From an uncultured Chromatiaceae bacterium (GTDB taxonomy: Bacteria; Pseudomonadota; Gammaproteobacteria; Tenderiales; Tenderiaceae), in the NCBI GenBank assembly GCA_947085765.1, contig CAMTXZ010000075.1, positions 7,810 through 71,809 on the forward strand: a stretch of 64,000 bases of DNA, given 5' to 3'. Below the pieces are notes generated by a model, which ran no database searches, was not told where the DNA came from, and saw nothing but the letters and a program-made list of their open reading frames with translations. Positions 42,053 through 50,316 of the stretch are shown in pieces. A program made the translations under genes and the position numbers. The number at the start of each line of letters is the position of its first letter. The first letter of the stretch is position 1.

Positions 42053-43747
42053 ATGACAATTGGTGCTGAAGTTATCGTCGACGCATTTGTCCGCCACGGC
42101 TGCGAGCGTCTCTATGTCTACCCCGGCGGCACGATTGCGCCGATCCTGGATGATGCCAAAAAAAGAGGGCTGGATATATTTTGCGGCCGCCACGAGCAGG
42201 GTGCCGGTTATGCCGCACTGGCGGTATCACGCTTGCGGCTGCAGCCGCAGGTGGTGATGGTGACCTCGGGGCCGGGTGTGACCAACCTCATCTCGGCAGT
42301 GGCCGACGCCTATTACGACAATACTCCGTTGATTGTGATTACCGGCCAGGTGGGGACGGGGGATCTCAAGCGTGATCTGCCACTACGGCAGCGTGGTTTT
42401 CAGGAAACCGACAGCTGTGCCCTGATGGCCTCGATCACCAAGGCGCAGTTTTTGGTAGAGCATCAGGACGATCTGGCACGGGTAATGGAGCAGGCGTTTC
42501 ATATCGCCAGCAGCGGCCGCTTTGGTCCGGTGTTGATCGACATGCCGATGAATGTGCAGCGTGGTGAGTTGTCTGCCCCTGCAGTTGTGCCAGCCATGTC
42601 GAAAGATGATCAGGCAGACGATCTTGCTGGCGTAGCAGAGTTGGCGCAGTGGCTGAGTGTGGCGCAGCGTCCGGTCATCATTGCCGGGCAGGGTGTGTTG
42701 TTGTCACGCAGCCATGAACTATTACGCGAGCTGGCAACGACCTATGGCATTCCCGTTTCACATTCGCTGTTAGGCCTGGGGGCGATGCCCTCTGATTCTG
42801 AATTAGCGCTGGGGTTTCACGGCCATACCGGCAATCAGTATGCAGGCAAGGCGATTCAAAATGCCGATCTGGTTGTGGCGGTGGGTTCACGTCTCGATGT
42901 ACGCCAGACCGGCAATCAGTTTGACCGTTTTGCTCCAGGTGCACGCATTGTGCGTATCGACCTGGATGCCAACGAGGCCAAACACGGCCGGGTGCGTACC
43001 AATCTGTTGATCAATGCCGATGCCAATGCAGCTTTGGCAGCACTATTATTGGCATTGAAAAAGGTGCAGCTGCCGCAGTGGTCGGTTTGGCGGCAACAGA
43101 TTGCGGGGTGGCGGCAAGAGCATGCCCTGACCTATAACAAACAAGGCAAACTTAAACCGCAACTGGTGGTGGAGAGTGCTGACCGTTTAAGCCGTGATAA
43201 ACGGGTGATCTGTCTCACCGGTGTGGGTTCTCATCAACACTGGGTGGCACGCCATTTCAGTTTTGACTATCCACAGCGCACACTGCTGACATCGGGTGGC
43301 CACGGCACCATGGGGTACGACCTGCCGAGTGCGGTAGGGGCACAACTAAATGATAAAGATGCGCTGGTGATCTGTATTGTCGGTGATGGTTCGTTTCAGA
43401 TGAACATGCAGGAGCTGGGGGCCGTGGCTGAACGTGGTCTGCCGGTGAAGATCATCGTGCTCGATAATCATCGCCTCGGCATCGTCTCGCAGTTTCAGAA
43501 CTTCAACTGGCAGGATGACCCCACCACTGGCAATAAGTGGAATCCCGATTTCGCCGCGATTGCCCAGGGATACGGAATTCGTGCCTTTACGGTGAGCGAG
43601 AGCGGTGATGTTGAGGCGACGCTGCAAGCGGCATTTTCCCATAACGGTCCGGCGCTGATTCATTGTGTGATCGATGAAGAGGAGGATATCTCGCCGATGT
43701 TGCTGGCAGGTCAAACACTCGACGGGATGTGGCCCCATGTTAAATAA
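42053..43747 (+). CDS. Thiamine-diphosphate-dependent enzyme, acetolactate-synthase-large-subunit-like (carboligase)
   Basis: 564 aa with three TPP-enzyme domains and a GDGSF...N TPP-binding motif. Confidence 0.8.
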   Translation: MTIGAEVIVDAFVRHGCERLYVYPGGTIAPILDDAKKRGLDIFCGRHEQGAGYAALAVSRLRLQPQVVMVTSGPGVTNLISAVADAYYDNTPLIVITGQVGTGDLKRDLPLRQRGFQETDSCALMASITKAQFLVEHQDDLARVMEQAFHIASSGRFGPVLIDMPMNVQRGELSAPAVVPAMSKDDQADDLAGVAELAQWLSVAQRPVIIAGQGVLLSRSHELLRELATTYGIPVSHSLLGLGAMPSDSELALGFHGHTGNQYAGKAIQNADLVVAVGSRLDVRQTGNQFDRFAPGARIVRIDLDANEAKHGRVRTNLLINADANAALAALLLALKKVQLPQWSVWRQQIAGWRQEHALTYNKQGKLKPQLVVESADRLSRDKRVICLTGVGSHQHWVARHFSFDYPQRTLLTSGGHGTMGYDLPSAVGAQLNDKDALVICIVGDGSFQMNMQELGAVAERGLPVKIIVLDNHRLGIVSQFQNFNWQDDPTTGNKWNPDFAAIAQGYGIRAFTVSESGDVEATLQAAFSHNGPALIHCVIDEEEDISPMLLAGQTLDGMWPHVK

Positions 43748-44978
43748 AGACTCAAATAAAGAAAATAAAACACTGTTGGTGATCAGTGGCGGCGCCGAGG
43801 CGGTGCCGGGCATCAAACGCGCCAAGGCGATGGGATTGTATGTGGTAGTGAGTGATATGAACCCCGATGCGCCAGGATTCGAGTTTGCTGATGATCGACT
43901 CATCGCCAGCACTTACGATCTGGAGCAGACGGTTTCAGTTGCCCGTGATTACCACCTCAACAAGCGCAGGCTCGATGGTGTTATATGTATGGCCGCCGAT
44001 GTGCCGCTGACGGTGGCCTCGGTGGCGGATGCCTTGGCATTGCCGGGTTTGACTCTGGAGACGGCGCATCTTGCCGCCGACAAACTGCTGATGAAACAGC
44101 GTTTCCTGCGTGATGGCATCGCCATCCCCTGGTTCAGTGCGGTGGAGTCGCTGGTACAGCTGCAACAGATTGTAAACGAGCGTGGTGCACGTCTGATTAT
44201 TAAACCTGTCGATAGCCGTGGCGCCCGTGGTGTGTTGCTGCTGAATGAAGATGTTGATCTTAGCTGGGCCTATGAACATGCGCGATCACAATCACCCACC
44301 CTGCGGGTGATGGTGGAGCAATATCTGCCGGGACCACAGGTGAGCAGTGAAACGGTGATGGTGGATGGCGTCGGCTACACCTCTGGATTTGCTGATCGTA
44401 ACTACGAATACATGGAACGTTTTGCACCCTATGTGATTGAGAACGGTGGTGACCAACCTTCACGCCTGAGCAGCGAGCATCAACAGGCGATCATTGCGCT
44501 GGCAGAGCAGGCGGGGCGTTCGATGGGGATTATGAACGGTATCGCCAAAGGTGACATGGTGATGACCGTAGATGGTCCGAAGGTGATCGAGATCGCCGCA
44601 CGGCTTTCTGGTGGTTGGTTCTCCAGCGACCAGGTGCCGCTGGCAACGGGTGTGGATCTGGTAGGTGCGGCAATTCAACTGGCCCTGGGTGAACAACCGG
44701 ATGTTGAAGCGTTGCTGCCAAAACATCATAAAGGTGTGGCGATCCGATACCTCTTTCCTACCCCCGGTGTGGTGAAGGCGATTCAACACACCGAGCAGTT
44801 TGCCAACAAACCGTGGGTTCATCGGCTCGGGTTTTTTATCGAACCGGGCGAACAGATTGGGGCGATGAGTGACCATACCAAACGCGCCGGTTTTGTTATT
44901 ACGTTGGGGCGTGATCGAGCCGAGGCAGTGGCCCGTGCTGAAGAGGTTATCAATAACATCGTGATCGAGATGCAGTGA
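43737..44978 (+). CDS. ATP-grasp domain ligase
   Basis: IIKPVDSRGARGVLLL and EIAARLSGG motifs typical of ATP-grasp enzymes. The track start at 43674 lies inside the upstream gene; ATG at 43737 is chosen (11-nt overlap). Confidence 0.65.
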   Translation: MLNKDSNKENKTLLVISGGAEAVPGIKRAKAMGLYVVVSDMNPDAPGFEFADDRLIASTYDLEQTVSVARDYHLNKRRLDGVICMAADVPLTVASVADALALPGLTLETAHLAADKLLMKQRFLRDGIAIPWFSAVESLVQLQQIVNERGARLIIKPVDSRGARGVLLLNEDVDLSWAYEHARSQSPTLRVMVEQYLPGPQVSSETVMVDGVGYTSGFADRNYEYMERFAPYVIENGGDQPSRLSSEHQQAIIALAEQAGRSMGIMNGIAKGDMVMTVDGPKVIEIAARLSGGWFSSDQVPLATGVDLVGAAIQLALGEQPDVEALLPKHHKGVAIRYLFPTPGVVKAIQHTEQFANKPWVHRLGFFIEPGEQIGAMSDHTKRAGFVITLGRDRAEAVARAEEVINNIVIEMQ

Positions 44979-44982
44979 CACC

Positions 44983-46749
44983 ATGAACAGGTGCAGAGTC
45001 CTGGGTATTGTGGGGGCGCGTCTCAACTCCAGCCGTTTGCCGGGCAAACATCTGCTCGACCTGGCGGGCAAACCACTCATCGCCCGCATCTTTAAACGGT
45101 TGGAACAGATTGTTGAGCTGGATGCCATCGTGCTCGCTACCACCGCCGATGACTACAACCTGCCGCTGGTGCAGTGGGCAGAGCAGGCGGGTAAAGAGTT
45201 GTTTGCCTATGACGGTGATGTTAACGATGTGGTGGGGCGTGTTGATGCCATCGTTAAACAGTACCAGCCACAGATTGTTGTCTATTTTTGTGGCGACTCA
45301 CCGCTGATCGAACCGCACATGGTTACTCGTCTTATCAATGCACTGCTTGCTGCACCTCAAGCTGATTTAGTTGAACTGCGTTCCAGCCGGGAAGAACGGC
45401 GCTCCATTCATGAGGGCTTCATGCCCTGGCCGATCAAAACATGGCAGCGGTTGGTGGCATTGGCAACCGATGTGAGTGAGCGGGAGCATGTAGGCAGTTC
45501 GCTGAAAAAAGCGACGGGGCTGACAAAGATTTATGTTACCGATGATGAGGTGTTTTCACGCATTGAACAGCGCATTTCGGTTGATACCCCCTCTGATTAT
45601 CAATTTATGGCCACCGTTTACCAGCGCTGGTATGCACAGAATCCATCGCACTCTATCGTTTCACTCGAGTGGGTGATCGATCAACTGCTGGTCGATGAGT
45701 CGTTATCTCTTATGAATCAGCAGGTACGGCAGAAGGGTGTTAATGATCGATCGGCCAAGATTGTTCTGCTTACACATTGCGGTGAGTCGATCGGCCTGGG
45801 CCATCTGCGCCGTGCCATGGTACTGGCACGGGCGTTACAGGATCGCCACGCGGCCGCAGTTGAATTGCTGATTGTGGGCGATGCAGTTGCGCTGGCCGGT
45901 TTGGAACTGTTGCCACACCGCTTTATTGTTGCAAACAGTGATATTGACCAGTTGGCGCAACAGCTGATGGAATGCCACCCCGAGGCGGTGGTGATAGATG
46001 TGGCGGCTGATCGTTTGAACATTGATTTTGGCACGTTGTTGGCATCACTGCGTCAGCAGCAGATTGTCACGGTAGCCGTTGATGGTCTGGTTGAACAGCA
46101 TGAGCTGCTCGATCTGATCTTCATCCCATCGTTCTATCTCGCCCCCGAGCAGAGGGTGCTGGCAGTGCAGGAGAAGATTTTGTTTGGTTGGCATAATTAC
46201 TTTTTTGATCCGGCGTTGCAGCCGTCTCCCTGGAGTGGTGGCAATAAAATAATTGTGATGACAGGTGGTAGTGACCATTACGGTTTGGGCGCGCTCTGGC
46301 CAACCATGCTTGATGGTGCGTTGCCAGCAGGAACAATCATCACCTGGATTACAGGGCCTTATGCCAACGCGCCTGAAGTGCCAGCGAATCCACGGCTGAC
46401 ATGGCAGGTTGAACACGCACCTGAAAATCTGGCGCAGTTGATGGCACAGGCCGATTACGCACTGACGCCGTATGGCGTGACGCTGTTTGAGTTGTTGAAG
46501 TTGGCAAAACCGGTGGTTGCCTATCATCCGGGTAATACCCAGCAGGCCGAGATGGCAGTTTTTATCGCGGCAGAGGTGGCGCGGTTGGCCATGACGCCGG
46601 AGGGTGCGGTGGCGGCGTTGGTGGCGTTGATGGCTGATGATAAGGCCGCCAGGGAATTGGTAAAAAATGCAACGCAAAGGATGGCTGGCAGCAGCGGTGG
46701 CATCAAACTGGCCGCCAGTGTGATGGGACTATTGGAGCGCCGACAATGA
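44983..46749 (+). CDS. Bifunctional fusion: N-terminal CMP-nonulosonic acid cytidylyltransferase (PseF/NeuA-like) plus C-terminal PseG-like UDP-sugar hydrolase (GT-B fold)
   Basis: N-terminus GARLNSSRLPGKHLLDLAGKPLI is the cytidylyltransferase P-loop. The C-terminal half carries GESIGLGHLRRAMVLARAL, the PseG signature, and a GT28-like C-terminal domain. 588 aa. Confidence 0.7.
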   Translation: MNRCRVLGIVGARLNSSRLPGKHLLDLAGKPLIARIFKRLEQIVELDAIVLATTADDYNLPLVQWAEQAGKELFAYDGDVNDVVGRVDAIVKQYQPQIVVYFCGDSPLIEPHMVTRLINALLAAPQADLVELRSSREERRSIHEGFMPWPIKTWQRLVALATDVSEREHVGSSLKKATGLTKIYVTDDEVFSRIEQRISVDTPSDYQFMATVYQRWYAQNPSHSIVSLEWVIDQLLVDESLSLMNQQVRQKGVNDRSAKIVLLTHCGESIGLGHLRRAMVLARALQDRHAAAVELLIVGDAVALAGLELLPHRFIVANSDIDQLAQQLMECHPEAVVIDVAADRLNIDFGTLLASLRQQQIVTVAVDGLVEQHELLDLIFIPSFYLAPEQRVLAVQEKILFGWHNYFFDPALQPSPWSGGNKIIVMTGGSDHYGLGALWPTMLDGALPAGTIITWITGPYANAPEVPANPRLTWQVEHAPENLAQLMAQADYALTPYGVTLFELLKLAKPVVAYHPGNTQQAEMAVFIAAEVARLAMTPEGAVAALVALMADDKAARELVKNATQRMAGSSGGIKLAASVMGLLERRQ

Positions 46750-48710
46750 AACAGGCCTATACCATCTTCCATCTCAATCTGGCCTACTCATCCATTGCGG
46801 AAGGGCAGCGCCGCACGGTGATAGATAACTGTTATATGCCGCTGCTCGAATTGATTGAACAGCGTGATTTTAAGATTGGCATCGAGCTGACTGGCTGGAC
46901 GCTTCTGCAGATTAATACATTGCTACCAGAGTGGGTGACACGCTTCAGGGCGGCGCTGGCAGCGGGGCGTACCGAGCTGATCGGCAGTGGATATTGTCAG
47001 ATTATTGGACCGTTGATTCCGTTTGAGGTCAATCAGTGGAATCAGCGTATCGGTTTGAATATCTATGAAGAGTTGCTGGGCGTTAAACCAAGGCTGGCGT
47101 TGGTCAATGAGATGGCCTACTCGTCGGGCATGTTGGAGCTGTATCAGGATGCGGGCTATGAAGGCATCATCATGGATAGTGACAATGTGACGCTGGCTCA
47201 TGATTTCATCGCTAGCGAACAGCGTCTTCCCAGTTACGCCAACGATCAGAGTGGGAGTATTAAACTGCCCGTGCTCTGGTCTGATTCAATCCTGTTCCAA
47301 AAGTTACAGCGCTATTGCCACGGTGATATTCGTCAGGTCGATTATCTCGGTTATTTCGAGAAGCGACTGGTCAATAGTCGCGTGCCCTTAGCGCTCTACT
47401 GCAACGATGCCGAGGTATTTGATTATCGCCCCGGTCGTTATGACTCCGAATCGAAACTGCACCCCGAAGGTGAGTGGCAGCGCTTAGCGAATCTGTTTGA
47501 TAAGCTTGTTAATGAATATGCTATTGAAATGGCACTGCCTTCGATTGTGCTGAAGAAACATTTGTCACTCAATGGTCTTGAGTCACTCTGTCTGACATCA
47601 GCAACACAGCCGATCCCGGTTAAAAAGCAGGCCAAGTACAACATCAGCCGCTGGGCCATCACCGGGCGCGACGACCTCTGGTTAAACACCATGTGTCAGC
47701 GCCTCTATCAATCTCTGAAGGGTGGTCATGATGAGGTGCAGTGGCGCAGACTTTGCGAACTCTGGTCGAGTGACATCCGCACCCACATTACCGTCGAACG
47801 TTGGTCTGCTGCACAACAGCAGGTGCGGCAGATGTTGGCCGCACTTGGTGACAATGGTGATTTTGATGGTGGTGTGAAACAGCAGTTTCCTACCGCGAAT
47901 ATTATTCGCGGTGTATGTGATGGTGTGACTGTTGAACGTGACCCCGAGGGCATCATGCTGACACTTGTTACGCCTGACATCCGGCTGCGAGTAAACCTGC
48001 GGCGTGGCATGGCGATTGATTCACTCGCCTTCAGGAGTCATGGCTGGCAGCCGGTGATTGGTACCTTACCCCACGGCTATTTTGACTCTATTGAACTGGG
48101 TGCAGATTTTTACTCGGCCATTACCGTGATCGAAAAGGTGACACAACATCAACGTATCACCGATCTGGAAAAGGTCGAGCCAGTGATGACACATGATGAA
48201 CACTACCTCTATCTGCGCGCCGTGCTTGTCACCAAAGATGGCGAGATTGTCAAACAGCTGCGCATTTCACGTCATGGTGAAACGGTTGGTTTTGGCATTG
48301 AGTTTCCTGGTTGGAAGCGTCCCTATGGCACCGTGCGTACCGGTTATCTCACCTTTCTGCCCGAGGCCTTTACTGGAACCGTGAAGGTTAAGAGCCGCAA
48401 CGGTGGCAAGATGGCGGAGTCTTTTGAACTCGACCGTGATGTACTGCATACCCAACCCGCCTCGACGCTGGTCTCTGCGACCACCGGTCTGGGCGGGGAG
48501 AACGGTTCAATCATTGTGACGGATGATGTGGTAGGGGTGGTGATCGACTGGCAGCCATCGGCGTGTGCAGCGTTCCCGATGCTCTATCATCGTGAGTGTT
48601 CACCCGCGGCGCTGACAAGAGTTATCTTCTCGCTGGCAGAGCTGGATGAGTCATCGCGTGATGGTGCCGAGCTGCCAGGCTTCTCTTTTTCAATCAGTCC
48701 TTCAAGGTAG
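46746..48710 (+). CDS. Large conserved protein with an N-terminal region resembling the glycoside hydrolase family 57 catalytic domain; function unknown
   Basis: Block-wise resemblance to the GH57 N-terminal barrel: FHLNLAYSS (cf. HQHQP region), GWTLLQI, ELIGSGYCQIIGPLIP, VNEMAYS (candidate nucleophile Glu), IIMDSDN. 654 aa, translationally coupled on both sides. Confidence 0.4.
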   Translation: MKQAYTIFHLNLAYSSIAEGQRRTVIDNCYMPLLELIEQRDFKIGIELTGWTLLQINTLLPEWVTRFRAALAAGRTELIGSGYCQIIGPLIPFEVNQWNQRIGLNIYEELLGVKPRLALVNEMAYSSGMLELYQDAGYEGIIMDSDNVTLAHDFIASEQRLPSYANDQSGSIKLPVLWSDSILFQKLQRYCHGDIRQVDYLGYFEKRLVNSRVPLALYCNDAEVFDYRPGRYDSESKLHPEGEWQRLANLFDKLVNEYAIEMALPSIVLKKHLSLNGLESLCLTSATQPIPVKKQAKYNISRWAITGRDDLWLNTMCQRLYQSLKGGHDEVQWRRLCELWSSDIRTHITVERWSAAQQQVRQMLAALGDNGDFDGGVKQQFPTANIIRGVCDGVTVERDPEGIMLTLVTPDIRLRVNLRRGMAIDSLAFRSHGWQPVIGTLPHGYFDSIELGADFYSAITVIEKVTQHQRITDLEKVEPVMTHDEHYLYLRAVLVTKDGEIVKQLRISRHGETVGFGIEFPGWKRPYGTVRTGYLTFLPEAFTGTVKVKSRNGGKMAESFELDRDVLHTQPASTLVSATTGLGGENGSIIVTDDVVGVVIDWQPSACAAFPMLYHRECSPAALTRVIFSLAELDESSRDGAELPGFSFSISPSR

Positions 48711-48716
48711 TGGCAT

Positions 48717-50000
48717 ATGCAGAGTGACTTTTTGCAGCAAAATCTTCAGCTGATTGAACGGCGCTGGCCGCTGTTGCATCGGTCGCTGGTTGAACTCAAC
48801 ACGATTGAGCGGGCACACTTCATCAGCGAGACACAACAAGCAACGCTGCTGGTGGATGGCATTCATCTGAGCAGCTGTTTTGATAGCCGGAGTGAGGCGC
48901 GCCTGCAAGCTACTATGGTTTCAGAGGCCGCAACAAAGGTGTGGGTCTATGGTGTGGCAACGGGTGATCTGCAACGTGAGTTGTTGCAAAGGCAGTGGCT
49001 GCAGCGATTGGAGGTGGTAATACTGAATCTGGAACTATTCAGAAGTTGTCTCCGATACTTTGACCATCGCGACTGGTTGGCAGATAACCGCAGCAGACTA
49101 ACATTGGCTACGGCAACAACCGATGTTCGGGCGCCGTTTGCTGTGGTGCCTGCCTGTCTTAAACTTATCGAACCGGCCGCCGCCAGGGTGCGCGATCTTA
49201 TTGTGCTCGATCTGGATACTGGTTATCTCAATAATCGGGTCAGGGGTAACCGCCAGTTCCAGCAACAGATCGATGAGAATTTACCACTGGTTAAACAGGA
49301 TGGTGACGTTGAGGTGCTATTTGGACGTCATGGAGATGGCCCCTGCTATGTGGCAGCGGCAGGGCCATCGTTGAGTGAACACTATGAGCAGCTGCGTGGG
49401 CGGGGCGCAGATAGCTGTTTGATTGCGGTTGATGCGGCGCTCAAACCGTTATTGCTGCAAGGCATTATTCCCGATGCGGTGGTGACCATTGACGGTGTGC
49501 GTGACCACATCATGAAGCTTTTTGATGTTGATCTTGCGCCACTGAAAGATATTCCACTGATCTATTTTCCGATTGTGCATGGTGATGTGCTTAAACAGTG
49601 GCCCGGGCCGCGTTATGCCGCCTACTCTAATAGTCCACTCTATGAACAGTTAATGTCGCACTCCCCCAAAGGCATGCTTTACGCAGCGGGTACTGTGCTG
49701 CATGCCGCCGTTGATCTGGCGGTAAAGATGGGCAGTTGTCAGCTCCATCTGTTGGGGGCAGACTTCTCATTTCCGGGCAACAAGACGCATGTTGCCAGCG
49801 CGGTCTTCTGCCAGTCGGCCGATCAAACTGGTTATCAGGAGTGGCTCGAGGATGGCCATGGCCAGCAGGTACGGACCTCAAAAAATCTGCGCGGTTATAT
49901 GCGTGATCTTGAACGCTACATCGCCCAACATCCACAGGTAACCTTTATCAATGCCAGCCGCAGCGGCGCGGCAATTATGGGGACACGTTATGTGGATTAA
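48717..50000 (+). CDS. maf: Motility accessory factor (Maf) / DUF115-family protein, candidate flagellin glycosyltransferase
   Basis: Maf-type N-terminus FLQQNLQLIERRWPLL. DUF115 core VAAAGPSLSE...LIAVDAALKPLL...IIPDAVVTIDG...LLGADFSF. Confidence 0.65.
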   Translation: MQSDFLQQNLQLIERRWPLLHRSLVELNTIERAHFISETQQATLLVDGIHLSSCFDSRSEARLQATMVSEAATKVWVYGVATGDLQRELLQRQWLQRLEVVILNLELFRSCLRYFDHRDWLADNRSRLTLATATTDVRAPFAVVPACLKLIEPAAARVRDLIVLDLDTGYLNNRVRGNRQFQQQIDENLPLVKQDGDVEVLFGRHGDGPCYVAAAGPSLSEHYEQLRGRGADSCLIAVDAALKPLLLQGIIPDAVVTIDGVRDHIMKLFDVDLAPLKDIPLIYFPIVHGDVLKQWPGPRYAAYSNSPLYEQLMSHSPKGMLYAAGTVLHAAVDLAVKMGSCQLHLLGADFSFPGNKTHVASAVFCQSADQTGYQEWLEDGHGQQVRTSKNLRGYMRDLERYIAQHPQVTFINASRSGAAIMGTRYVD

Positions 50001-50015
50001 AAGTAAGGTGTCAGA

Positions 50016-50279
50016 ATGATAAAAACCCCGTGTGATATATACAGGATGGAGGCAGTTGAGGCGTTTCGTCTTGGCATGGAAGGCAAGGGCAGTGATGCCA
50101 TGATGCGGTTGATGGATTGCATGGCGCCGTTGTTGGAGAGCAATGCTGCCCATCTTGGCACAGATGATGCGGAGTTGCTGAATCTTATTGCTGAGGCACA
50201 ACAGCGTGGCGACAACATCTTTGTGGCCGACCTTCTTGAATATATGATTCCAGATAGCGCGTTTGGTATGTCTCTTTGA
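50016..50279 (+). CDS. Small hypothetical protein (87 aa) at the 3-prime end of the glycosylation operon
   Basis: SD AAGGTG 6 nt upstream. 16 bp after the maf stop. No recognisable family. Confidence 0.3.
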   Translation: MIKTPCDIYRMEAVEAFRLGMEGKGSDAMMRLMDCMAPLLESNAAHLGTDDAELLNLIAEAQQRGDNIFVADLLEYMIPDSAFGMSL

Positions 50280-50316
50280 ATTTTATTTTAACGAGGGCAT
50301 ATCTTTTTGGTGGAAG

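Noticed and set aside
43674-43736. N-terminal extension of the ATP-grasp ORF as given by the ORF track
   Set aside because: The extension lies inside the 3-prime end of the TPP-enzyme gene in another frame. The internal ATG at 43737 gives a conventional coupled start
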